A DNA stretch of 64,000 nucleotides from Octopus bimaculoides. Its lineage: Eukaryota. Of this stretch, positions 51,895 to 64,000 are shown piece by piece. The stretch spans positions 12,992,195 through 13,056,194 of the forward strand of contig NC_068981.1 of NCBI RefSeq assembly GCF_001194135.2. Reading direction: 5' to 3'. Both the position numbers and the translations under genes were made by a program. Numbering within the stretch: the first letter of the stretch is position 1; each line of letters begins with the position of its first letter. The notes below the pieces were generated by a model that had not been told where the DNA came from, did not search any database, and saw only the letters and a program-made list of their open reading frames with translations.

Positions 51895-52232
51895 ACAAAT
51901 GTGGGTGCGCAATGGTTAAGGCAGCCGACTCGCGGTCATAGGATCGCCGTTTCGATTCCCATGCCCGGATTTGTGAGTGTCTATTGTGCGAAAACACCTA
52001 AAGCTCCACGTAGGTCCGGCAGACGTGTGGTGGTGAACCCTGCTGTATTCTTTCACCACAACAGTCTCTCACTCTTTATTCCTGTTTCTGTTGTACCTGT
52101 ATTTCTCCGCGAGAACTACGTTAAGGTTACACGTGTCTGTGGAGTGCTCAGTCACTTGCACGTTAATTTCACGAGCAGGCTTTCCATTGATCAGATTAAG
52201 TGGAACCCAGTCGTCGTAACCGACGAGTACCA
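51895..52232 (+). mobile_element. tRNA-derived SINE, second family, near full length
   Basis: Head caatggttaaggcagccgactcgcggtcataggatcgccgtttcgattccc (A/B-box-like). The 3' part is cacttgcacgttaatttcacgagcaggc...gtcgtaaccgacg. Confidence 0.8.
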
Positions 52233-52254
52233 CGATATACACACGAACACTAAC

Positions 52255-52592
52255 ATTCGATGATATGCTGTTAACGTAATCGTTTCGTATCCACGGTGTT
52301 TGTGGTTCCAGTTCATTGAAAATATGTCCATTAGTTTCTTTAGTTTTGGTAACCAAATCTTTTAAGAATAATTTATGGCGTAGTGAATTTCGAATCCTTC
52401 CTATGTATGTGTCAATATCTGCGTGAAGATCTTTAAACATCATGAATGTCTCCTTAACGCCCATCATCCTGTATTGGTGTGTTTCCGTTCTTGAAAATGT
52501 GTGGTCTATTGAAACGACACCGTTATAATATGGGCCAATCTTCTGGTGGACTTGTTCGAACTGGACACTTAAAGTGGTGTCAGACATAGCAA
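52255..52592 (-). other. Candidate internal coding exon of an unidentified gene
   Basis: AG acceptor at 52594-52593 and GTTAGT donor at 52254. The 338-nt segment has a stop-free, non-repetitive frame of 111 codons (MSDTTLSVQFEQVHQKIGPYYNG...PWIRNDYVNSISSN). Confidence 0.4.
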
Positions 52593-52712
52593 CTGTTCAA
52601 TGATTGAGACAATTTAAAGCCCCCCCCCCCATATATATATATATATATATATATATAAGGGAATATCTATACAAGAATGCCTCACGTTAATTACCGTAAT
52701 AAACACATTTTG

Positions 52713-52751
<39 letters not shown>

Positions 52752-52784
52752 CCATACATACATATATACATACATATATGCATA

Positions 52785-55400
52785 AAGAATGTAAAGGAGA
52801 TAGAAATGATGTTTGGAGACAGCAAAGAGAGGTCGCTCACTTGCAAACGGATTACCCTGAAGCAGGAACTGAAGGTTGTCAGTGAGAATCTCCGACACCA
52901 GAAGAGAGTCAACGCGAAAAACAATGAACAGAAATGTTAACCGGGATTAGACAGAGACATGAGAGGAGGAGTAGTGAACATCTCAGAAACTCCGTCAAGA
53001 GAACACATTCACACTTTCTGGAGGAAAAACTGGAGTGAAAAGGAATTTAACCATGAACCTCCGTGGTTGGAAGAAATCCGAACACGTTATTGCCTCTGCA
53101 TTACCGGCAACGGGTACAGAATCGATGGTGATAACCCTGCGACTTTGGTCCAGAAACTCCATGATGGAAAAGCACCTGGGAGTGATTTGACTATTGGATA
53201 TTGATACAAGAAGCTAACCTTCTACTGATCATATCTTATCAATCTGTACCAGCATGCTCTCAATGGGAACAGTGTGAAACTACACTGGTTAACCCTGGCA
53301 GTGACAAAGTCGATCCCCAAATGCAGAACCACCCACATGGCGAAAGACCTACCGGCCAATTGCATTCCAGAACTTAATGTATGGGATATAAACAGCATTC
53401 TTAAATCTCTTTCTCTTGGACCATTGTGAAACCGATAATATCATCACAGCAGAATACGCAGCTTGAACGAGAGGAGTCTGTGATGTCCCGAGCAATTGCT
53501 AATCAACAAAAGTGTGATATCAAAGGTGCGAGAGCATAGAAGGAACCCTGTTACAATGTGGTTAGACTATAAGAAAGCCGTTGACTCTGCTCGCCACTCA
53601 GGGATGTTAGAAGCCCTTCGATTTACTAAAGTTCCAGTGACCATAGTCAAAACCATAGCTGACCCAATTTAATCGTGTGCCACCGTCTTGAAATTAAGCA
53701 CAAAGTTTGACTGTATGATCACTGGAAGATTACAGTATCGCAAAGGCATATCCCAAGAGAACAGCCTCTTTGCGATGTTGTTTCTCATTTCTGTAAACTC
53801 CTTGCCATTCGTATTAAGGAAGTCTGAAGGATATCTCACTGGTTCACAAAGAAGCAGAACTGTCAACATTACACAGTTTCTTTGTGGATGTCTTGTAACT
53901 TTATGCAAAGAAAATACATGAGATGAAAAATAGCCTTGACCTGGTTACATCAATCTTAAAAGATGTAGGGTTGGCTTTGGGACAGAGTAAATGTTGTTAT
54001 ATTGTTGTGGAAAGGAGCAAGACTGTAAACCAGACTAGCAACATATCCCCTGTGTCTGATGATGACTGCTACAGGTATATATGTGTGGATGAAAACATAT
54101 TTTTCAATGGCACCTCTAACAAAACATATGTTGCTAAATAAAATTACACCTGAATAAAGATAATTTGAACCTCATAACTCTCTGCATTCAGTAAATCAGT
54201 AGCCCAGAATGTTTTTGCAGTACCGGTACTCATTCCAATATTTGGGCTGCTTGCTTGGTCGCTTGATGAGATACGAGCCATTGATGTGAAAACCTGGAAA
54301 CTACTAACAAGCACATGCAAATTTCCATATAAAAAGTGAAGCAAACCGCCTCTACGAAAGCGAAAACAAGGCAGCATATGCATAGCATCGATCCAAAATG
54401 CTTTTGAATATCGTATCATATCCCTTGCGCAATATATCTTAAACACCAAGTGTCGAAGTGCATCCCTTGACCAAGTTTGTATACATGAGGCTGTTGATAT
54501 CGTAAAACTTTGAAGGCTGCTCCCTGAGCAACACTCCTTGTCTAATAACCTTAAATAGATCCCCAAAGAAATCGTACGACGACCCTAGTGCAACGAATCA
54601 TTAGATGAAAGGATGAGCCTATACGAGCAGAAGAATATGCATAGATATGTTAGTTGAAAGCTCCGAGTTGATAGAAATACCATGGACCAACATCTGGATT
54701 ACTACCTCCCACTATGGACTGTGTATGTTTGCAGTTCAGGAACAGGAAATAACAAAACACCTGCTGCACAAAAGGGATAAAGTTGTGGGAAAAGCAGTAA
54801 AATGTGATTACCGATGCAGACCTTGTGGAATTAACACCGGAGATGTCACCCACAACATAAACTGTTGTCGGAAAATTCATCGTCATGGTATTATCTAGAG
54901 ATGAGACATGATGGAGCTAGATCACTCTATAATGAAATTCGTCGGAAAGATAATCGCGAGAACCAAAAAATAAGAATCCACAGTATGGTGGAAGCCTTTG
55001 TCATTCATAATAACAAGGAGTACTATTGGAACGTGCCAATGAAAAACCCAAGAAAATGTATGCACAACAGATCTGATATAATGATTTGGGACAGGGAAAA
55101 GAAAATTTGTACAGTTGTAGAAATTAGATGCCCAGCAGATGTTAACAGTGAAAACTAGAATACCTAAGCAGAAGTACTGGGAAATCTGCAGTTACTCTAC
55201 ACATATTACGAGTTCAAATTTATACCCGTAATTATTGTGGTCCTGGCATATGTAACACAATTCATAATTAGTAATCTTTTGAAATTAGGCTTTTCAAAAA
55301 CCTCAGAAAGGAGAAGGTTTATGCAAAGACTACATATAGATATAGAACTGGAAAGTAACTTAAAAATTTCAGCTTGCTCGGCATCATCAGATTATGGCAT
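52785..55400 (+). mobile_element. R4/Dong-like non-LTR retrotransposon with RT and restriction-like endonuclease, 5'-truncated and decayed
   Basis: In order: KAPGSD, KTYRPIA, WLDYKKAVDS, YRKGISQENSL, FFVDV (FxDD), zinc knuckle CRPCGINTGDVTHNINCC, RHD, and NRSDIMIWDREKKICTVVEIRCPADVN (PD-(D/E)xK type). Many stops and frameshifts. Confidence 0.85.
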
Positions 55401-56289
55401 ACTTTGTTTCTTTCTGCTTATATAAAACTTGTACTTTCATTTAACCGGCCGTATAGATAATGATATTTAGTGATATGCCTTCATATAGGGAGAAGGGTGA
55501 GTGAGAAATATATTAAAGACTATTAAATGGAAACGATAGGTATTAAGATGCTCTCTATCTCCAAACGCATAAAAGGAAATATGGTCACACACATAAACAG
55601 AGAGACGGAGAAAGAAAGATAAAAGGAGCTAGAGAACGAAAGGAACATTAAACGAGGGCGACATTGAAAAACATGAAAGCCAAGTCAGTGATCCTAGAAT
55701 CAGTGACGTCAATGAAGAGGCGTTAAGACGGACGTGTCAAAATGGAATGCATACGTAACACTCTAGAAGAAATAACCTGAAAAGCCACATCCCAATACTT
55801 ATAAGATGTGGTATCTCCCACAGAAATTCTAAATCTTCTCAACTGATAGGCGTATTTCTCATTCAAACACCGATTAGTTTGAATGAATTCACGATTAATT
55901 TACGAACATGTAAAATTATAGATCTTACACTCAATCAATGTAGATGCAAGAATATATATACAAATGATAGTACAATCAGGTAACAATGCAAAATCTTCAT
56001 AATAAAATCACAATGACTATATTGCTTTAGACAATGGTGTAATGTTAATACACAAGGAAACAAATTGTCTATTTCTAACAAAATTAAATTAAATACAGAC
56101 ACCGAAGTATTTACCGATAGAAACCCATCCAAATACTTTGAACTTGATCAAAGACATAAAAATGCAACACAGAAACAAAGACAATGATAGCATTGTAACT
56201 GAATTCGCTGCTGGAGGCGGGGTATTATGCAATTAAAAACACACAGACATACATAGAAACATACATACACACATACATGCTTATCTCTC

Positions 56290-56386
<97 letters not shown>

Positions 56387-58431
56387 TCCTCTCTCATCCT
56401 TTCTCTAGTAACTTTTTCACCCTTTCACCGTTTTTTATCCGTCTATCTCCCCTTTCTTCTTTACACTCTCTCGTTGCTCATACGTGACCATCGTCCATCT
56501 TTCATTTCATCACGCGATCATCTTTCTTTTCTTTCAGGGCTGTCCTAAAGACTGAATGTATCCTATCTATCTATATAGACGTTATTATAATTAGCATTAT
56601 CATTGTTATCCTTAATAGTGAAGCTGACGACGGGTACCTCTTTGGGATTTCTTATGTTATTCATTTTATCCTTCTTATATCTGTGTGTACTTCTAGAATT
56701 TACAAATTAATTTTTAATATAATTAAAATTGTTATCAGTGTTTCGTATCATAGGTATTTGTATAATTTCCATTATTACGGGGAAAGTGTTTAATTCCATC
56801 CTTATACTCTGCATTTTTAACTGCTACATTTTACTTATCCTTGTGTTTATTAAATATCGCTTCATTTGAAGAAAGGTTTGAGACTATGTTCCCTTTTATT
56901 TATCAAAATAGCTCTTTTTATTGATTGGGGATGGTTACTGAAATTAATTATATATCTTAAATTAGAGTTAAGTTTCATATACGGTTCATGTAGTCAAGTG
57001 TTAAGGTTACAGTTTGCGTCTAAATAGTTAATGGAGTAATTTTTATTTCATATAGTTATAGAGAGACCAAATCTACTGAAAAATTTATGGATGCGTTTCT
57101 TTAATAAATACAATCCATTTGCAATCCATCCGTCATATCAACGCACCGCTCAAAATCTCACATGTAAGAAATGTAAGCCTAATGTAAGAAAATCATTATA
57201 AAATATCACAAAAATAGAAGCACACTCAATATTGCTTGTCTGTAGTAACACATAGGAAGTAATATAGGATTGGTTTCATAGGATCGCAAAGAAAAATGGA
57301 TGCTACTTCTTACAATTGCAGATGAAGGATTATTACGCGTCAATAGCAATGACTATTCTCATAGCTGCTTTGAAATTAGCAAAGACAATAACAAGATTAA
57401 ACAACTTTGAAATAAACCTTTAAACATTTGTAATTGGGAGCATATGCTAGGTATGTCAGCTGTAGGGGAAGGCTTTTTAAGGTTCATAAAATAGTGTAAA
57501 TAGGTGTGTATATGTATGTATATATATATATATATATGCATATATATATATATATATGCATATATACAAAAATCTATGTTGATTCACTCAAAGCTATAAG
57601 TTACAGGATCCCTTACAAATGTAGAGTATTCTTTAATACATTATAACTGATTTTCTGTATCTGCCCGATCATCAGCTGGTAAACCAAGCCTGGTTTTCCT
57701 TAGAAATAACCATTGTCTGAAAGAGTTTTGGCATATGAAATTAAGTTTGAATAAAACGCTTATATTTATGTTCTTTTATTTCAAAACATTTGTGAACGAC
57801 ATGTGCGGAAACGCCTGCCTCGAGCTTATGCTTTTGACGTTTCTCTTCTGGTTCTCAAGGTAATATTATTATAAATGGCACATATTCCATTAGAAGCGAA
57901 GTCATGAAGTAGCGTTGCTGTTTACGTAATGCTCCAAAATGAAACTTTTAAATAATACTAATATTTTTTTTTCAAAAATGTCTGTATGAATATATTCATC
58001 CTGTACGCGCCTGTATAAATGCATACATATACACATATGTACACTCATATATACACATATATATACAGAATTATATATTCATGTATACATATACACATAC
58101 GCAAATATAGATGCAGACTCACACATTAAAACATACAAATTTAGGAAACCATTTTTTCCGAACAAGTACGAAATTCAAGCAAGTTTACATTTGCATCGCT
58201 GCTGTTTGAATCAACATTGACACTGTATGCTATCGATTTTTTCCAGACAGCTACTGTCTGGTGGAGCATTCTAATGAATTCTAAAATTGCAAGCTTTGCG
58301 CTTGTTAGCTGTTTGTATCTCTCTTCCATTCAGATTCGCAACATTATGACCTCTAATATAATACCCAAAATTCGTAGATGCTGAACAACTAAACTTAACA
58401 GACGGACTCACAGATTGAGTTACAGTGCGTC

Positions 58432-58434
<3 letters not shown>

Positions 58435-58488
<54 letters not shown>

Positions 58489-58535
58489 AGAGAGAGAGAG
58501 AGAGAGAGGGAGAGAGACAGAGAGACAGACAGACA
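58435..58535. repeat. (GA)n microsatellite
   Basis: Read directly from the sequence. Confidence 0.95.
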
Positions 58536-59185
58536 TAGGTTTCTCAGTTACGGAATACAGATTGCAAAATTAAAACATTTGAAACAGCTTTCAAAAGCCT
58601 CACTCCAAGTGAAAATGATAATTAGAATGAATATTCCAGCAGCAAAAGTTGAGTTGCAAATACATCTCTCTTATAAAAACAAAACTAGGAATACAAAGGA
58701 AAATGAATAATGAAATGAAGACTCGCTACTCTGAAGATTAATAGAATCTAAACGTTTCAAAACAATGAAATATTGCAAATAAAATGCAACATAACGTTCA
58801 GGAAACAGCAGAGAATACACCCCATGGTGAATAAAGAGCAACACCAGATAGACATAATATAATTCAAAACGCAAACTAAAAGAGTCCGACAACTTTGGGC
58901 CACACACTTCTCTAGGTATATGTCTAGCCGCTAATATGTACACATATAAAACAAATAAATAAGAATTAACAACAATTTCAAAATGTTCAATCAATAACGA
59001 TAGGGCTGTTGACGACACACTTTTTGGCTGCCCAGTTCTGGCCAATTATGCATATGTCCAACTATGCGATCGAATAAACAGCATCAGCTGCAGGCTATTA
59101 TGTTGACTTTACACAATATGAAAACTAATAGGAAAGGAAATGTAATAATGATGTACCACACTGATCGTAGACGCTTATTACTCAC

Positions 59186-59332
59186 CATCTTCTGGACATG
59201 CTAATTCACGTTGACAAAAAAGATCATTTTATGGCACCAAGATCAATGCTTGGAACGGACATCACTGTATTCTGATACACATTGTCTTCTAATTTGTCTA
59301 ACACGTTTCCTGGAATAAACTGTGCCTGCTGT
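59186..59332 (-). other. Candidate non-coding or 5'-UTR exon ending in ATG
   Basis: A pyrimidine-rich acceptor ends ...cattcatttaag and a strong donor reads ATG|GTGAGTAA. The 147 nt contain stops in all three frames. Confidence 0.3.
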
Positions 59333-61429
59333 CTTAAATGAATGGATGTTGGAATTTGAAAAAGAAGATGGAGTTTTAGGTTTGCGAAATGTGCCAGAAT
59401 TAATTAGGAAGCTCTATAACTACCATTTATAACGAAACAACACTAATAGAACATGCGAAATGTAATGCACACGACACATGTCATTTGGTAACGCAGGCCA
59501 GGATTTATGCTCTTTATATACAGTTGTTGGTGATAATTACCAAGCAGTAAAATAATGCATCATAAAGTTAGTAAAAACATGATTAACTTATGTATGAGAG
59601 GGAATACAGAGTTGTGCATGTATAGAAACTGAGTGAGATGTTTGTGTCTACATGTAATTATTTGAAGACATATTGAAGTCGCTTAAGAAGACAATGTGAA
59701 TAGTAGAAAATAAAGGATTCGTTATTACTTAAGACAAAGAAAGAGGAATGTTATTGATATATCCCAAATCACCAAGCCCCTCAGACGAAAGGTCATTGTT
59801 ATTTTGCCAGTATGCTGTCGTTTAGAAAGAAGAAACATAGTGATCTTTTTTTTCGATATTTAACTTCATAGAAAGTAACACTATTGTCTTTGGATACCAA
59901 CAAAAAACATATTTTATCAGTTCCCTATGATCGCAAAATATTAATCACTGTGGCAAAACGAATGAGATATAGAGATATAGAAAGAGATGGAAGTGATATA
60001 AAGAGAGAAGACTTATGATCATAATTATTGATAACGAAGGAACTGCTACGGAAGGCAATGCTTTATAAACAAAATGAATAGCTACGTCTCAACTAAAACA
60101 TGTACATTTTGAAATCTTTCGAAGGTGGTGCTTGAAAACTAATGGACACAAAAAGTCGACAAATGTCCATCACACACAATCTCTGACTGAGAAAAACCTC
60201 AGATGAATACTCTTACATATAGAAAGACGAAATCATCGTTTAGTTGAGCTTACCTGGATTTATACCATTCGGTCATCTCATCCTTCACAATTCTGTGGGC
60301 CATCGTTATGTTAGCGCACGTATTTGTACAAGCCCGGTGGATGGAAAATTCGATGAAGTGTCGAGATGTTTAATTCCATATCAGAGTTTCATATAGCACT
60401 AATGAGTTTTATATAGCACTCAAGCAATGTCGTGCAAAATGCATGCCCCTTTTTCTTATAATATGAATGACTACAAAAAGACACAAAACATTGGATTGGA
60501 TAATTTCCCATGAGACATGCAAAGCTACACGTAATATGGAAGTGTACTGGATATCAAGAACTCTATTTTAGTAAGAGTCGAAGAAAGGTTACGCTTAAAA
60601 TAACACTGATTATGGAGTGGACACGTCTCTTAAAATTTCGTCTTTTTCCAAATGTCATCTGAAACAATAAATGCTTTCGAAAACGAATTTTTATATTTTT
60701 TGTAAGAGTGAGATGTTAAATTCTAAGTATAGAAGAGGTCTGCAGATTTTAGATGGATTGTGTGAAAGACTGGAAGATGCATCAATAAACCATTACCAAC
60801 GACATTTGAAAGATTACGAAATTCCTCATCATAATATGCGATAATTAACAGAGGGATTTTAACAATTCTAAAATGCATTTAACAACCCCTACTTGTAATT
60901 TGCGGAAGCATTCGCACAGAAAAATGAGGTTAAGAAGATTATACACAAAACATGCCATGAATAACATTTTCGGAAAATATCTTCACTTCAAAACAAAGGA
61001 AGAAATAATAAAAACGCACAAAATTTCTAATAGAATGGGAGTCTTCAAGAGGACGTCATTTGATCACGGCTTTGCATTTAACAGTTTTAATGAGAAATTT
61101 AAATTGGATTTAAATAGAAATAATATGGGAATACAATGAACTACCTTCTTGCATGACTTTAATACAGCTACGTCTCATAGTTACACACCATGGCCTTGAT
61201 AGAACGGACAGCTTAGAAAATACTTCAGAGAAGCCTTGGAGAGGCAAAATTAATTAACTATAAACTATTAATTTTGGAAATAAATAAATACATTCATCTG
61301 AATAAGTCCTCCTAATACTTATGTTTTGACTCTTTGAAACAGAATTCTATACAAGATTTGGAAGGTCGGCAAAAGATCATAACATTAAAACTGAGTAGTG
61401 AAATATAGGGTGATAAATATACATTCTCT

Positions 61430-61690
61430 TAATCATAGGAGGAATTTCAACCATGTTTCGTGGTCTGCTACCACAACAGCTCCTTTATAGGATCCAGTTA
61501 GCTCAAGACATCATCAGGAGGAACCACGTCCGGTTTCGGCCCCTACTCCTCTACCGTTTTGACGTGGCGGGGCCCCTCCTTTCGGAGGTGTCTTCAGCTC
61601 TGGTGTTCGGTGCATGTCTTCTTTCTTCTATTCCCTAGCCTCTTCCATGCAGCATCAACGAGTGTCAACGTCCGACTGATCGTCATGCCA
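61430..61690 (-). repeat. GC-rich structured island with partial hammerhead-like motifs (possibly PLE-derived)
   Basis: The minus strand carries CTGAAGA, a CCTCC-GAAA-GGAGG hairpin, a GGCCCC/GGGGCC stem and GAAAC, then CTGATGA, then CTGTTG-TGGT-agcag-ACCA-CGAAAC. Confidence 0.4.
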
Positions 61691-62836
61691 AGTTCCCCTT
61701 TTTATATATAATTAATTAATTAATCAATTAAATAAGAAAATTAATTATTTAATTCCGTATTGAAATAGTACTCAATTCAGGTCTAAGGGAAGAGGTAATA
61801 TCAGTTGCAGATGCAAATTGGAGGTATTTGTGTTTTATAAGGGTGTCAAACGGATTCCGATACTTGTTGATCGGCAAAAAACAACGAACACTAACACCGC
61901 ACTTTCGTTCCAGCTGGCTCCTTACTCTGATTAGTTTACCCATATACCAAATTTTCCCATGATGGGTTCACCATCATACGCTGCTTATGCAATAACATCC
62001 GCAACGCTGCACATACTAGCTGGCACTTTATATATAACAATTTAAATTCGTAACACGGACCATACCTTCAAATGCACCACTGTAATTCTAATGCAAACTG
62101 CTGCCTAAATTCACATTTCCTGAAAAACAACTCCTCCTGAGAACGACTATATTCACCGATCTACATTTGGACGTAATAACATGGATCTGGACTACATCAC
62201 GGGAAGTCTGTAACTTATTTCCCTTCCTCTACCCAAATAATTTTAACAAATTGTACTTCACTAACATCCTCATATATGCTCCTATGCTTTTTCTGCCCTT
62301 TCAAGAAGACAAACACACTGTACGTACTATAAATATAGACCCTCTGAAAAATTCTAGAGGCATATACATCATCCAAACTTCCTCTGCTCATCCCTGCAGA
62401 ACATTAAGGAGATGGAGATGGCATGGAGGATTACGTTGCCTCAGCAGAAGCGGCCGTACGGGACAAGAACCTACTGTAAAGCTGATCTTTTTCTCTTTTG
62501 CTCTTGTGCCGTTTTCCGTAATATTAGTACACGTGTGTGTAACACATAGTTATTATATGTGTATGTATTATTTTAATACATTCTAATACTTTGGAATAAA
62601 TAGACATACTAGAATGTCTATCGGCTGATGTATGTCGTTTTGCATCCTCTTCATTTTCTTATTTGTCATATAAATTAAGAGTAAACCACTTTTTACCCCG
62701 CCAATATATAACACTCAATTGCGAGATTGCCACGCAATAAACAGCACTTGGGTATGAATAAGTGTGCACACTACCAGCAGTATTTTAGATAGATACTATC
62801 CCTTAGTTGATTGGTTTCCCAACCACTAACTCACAC

Positions 62837-62891
<55 letters not shown>

Positions 62892-64000
62892 TATATATAT
62901 ATATATATGTATGTGTATATATACAAGTATTTATAAATGTATATGTAATTTGAATAGTTTTCATGATGTTAATAATTCATTCTTGTAATATATTTCTTTT
63001 CATTGCTGCTTAATACTTTCACAGGTATTGATAAGAATTAAACTGGCTGCAAACGAACAATGCCTGACATTTTCATTTGCCGATTTCATTGTTATTGATA
63101 ACGCTGTGAACAATTTATTTTATTATTATTTATGGTTCCATGGTAAGTTGAGAAAATTGCTGCCTCTGCAAAACTAGTCTGCATTAAAATTTAAAGAATA
63201 ATTACTTCTCTTATACAGAATATATGTATGATAGAAGACTAAAACGTACATGGAAGTCCATAGAGTATATACAAAATGCTTCTTTATTATCATAAGAAAA
63301 TATACTTATATTATGAAGCATGGAGCTAGCAACTCAGTTACAATCAAGAATATTATAACAATGTAATTTTTTTTAATAAAAAAATTGAGCCCTATGAAAA
63401 ATCTCAATATAATATTTCTCGCCGTCTCTTTCTTCCTCCCCTCCTTCTCTGATTTAATAATATATATAAATACCTTTGAAATCATGTGTATCAAATGTGT
63501 CAACATTTAGGCAAAAAGAAACACTTGTTTTTCTCATCTTATAAGCATTAGTGAAGTGTGAAATATATAACAAAATTCCAACTTTGATCAGTGAAAATAT
63601 ACTATAAGATCTTTCTTTCAGAACTTACTCTACATACTAACTATCTTTCAACAATACATATATACACGTACCTCCCACACACACACACACACACATATAC
63701 ATACATACATACATATATAATACATATATACATACTTACATACATATATAATAAGTATTTCATATTAATTCATTTGGTACTTATTGTTGGTTGAGATATA
63801 TATCTAATTATTGTTCTACTTACTATCTGAAGAGTAGCTATATTTTTGAATAGAATTTATTTTCGATAATTTCAATTGATTTTAATCGATTTAAATTTAT
63901 TTTCTATTTGAAAATTGGTTATGAAACACGTGTAATCTTTTTATTATATTTATCTTATGATATTTACTTTACTTTATATTATACTCATTTATTGTGCTTT

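Noticed and set aside
57635-57680. Minus-strand CTGATGA...GAAAA motif
   Set aside because: Stems I and II cannot form, so it is probably a chance match.

Overview
AT-rich, microsatellite-dense eukaryotic draft-assembly window with about 21 N-gaps, nearly all bordered by (TA)n, (CA)n or other simple repeats. The SINE families and overall texture point to an octopod cephalopod such as Octopus; this is inference, with no database check. I found no intact multi-exon gene, rRNA, tRNA gene or CRISPR array, and all long entries in the ORF track run through N-gaps or simple repeats. The window is mostly decayed mobile DNA. Recognisable elements are tRNA-derived SINEs, RTE and CR1-type LINE relics, two Tc1 and several mariner relics or MITEs, a ~2.6 kb R4/Dong-like non-LTR element with a restriction-like endonuclease (52.8-55.4 kb), and a Penelope-like element (PLE) relic (27.6-29.7 kb). 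Four observations stand out. (i) Several minimal type I hammerhead-ribozyme motifs with palindromic stem III occur, one at the PLE 3' end and one inside a ~300-nt terminally redundant, retrozyme-like unit. (ii) Three unrelated long fold-back inverted repeats could form dsRNA. (iii) Up to four decayed Ig-domain-like exon relics lie on the + strand, the best at 32454-32709. (iv) A few exon-like segments on the - strand remain unexplained. All protein-family calls come from by-eye translation and motif recognition. Nothing here demonstrates a new biological system.
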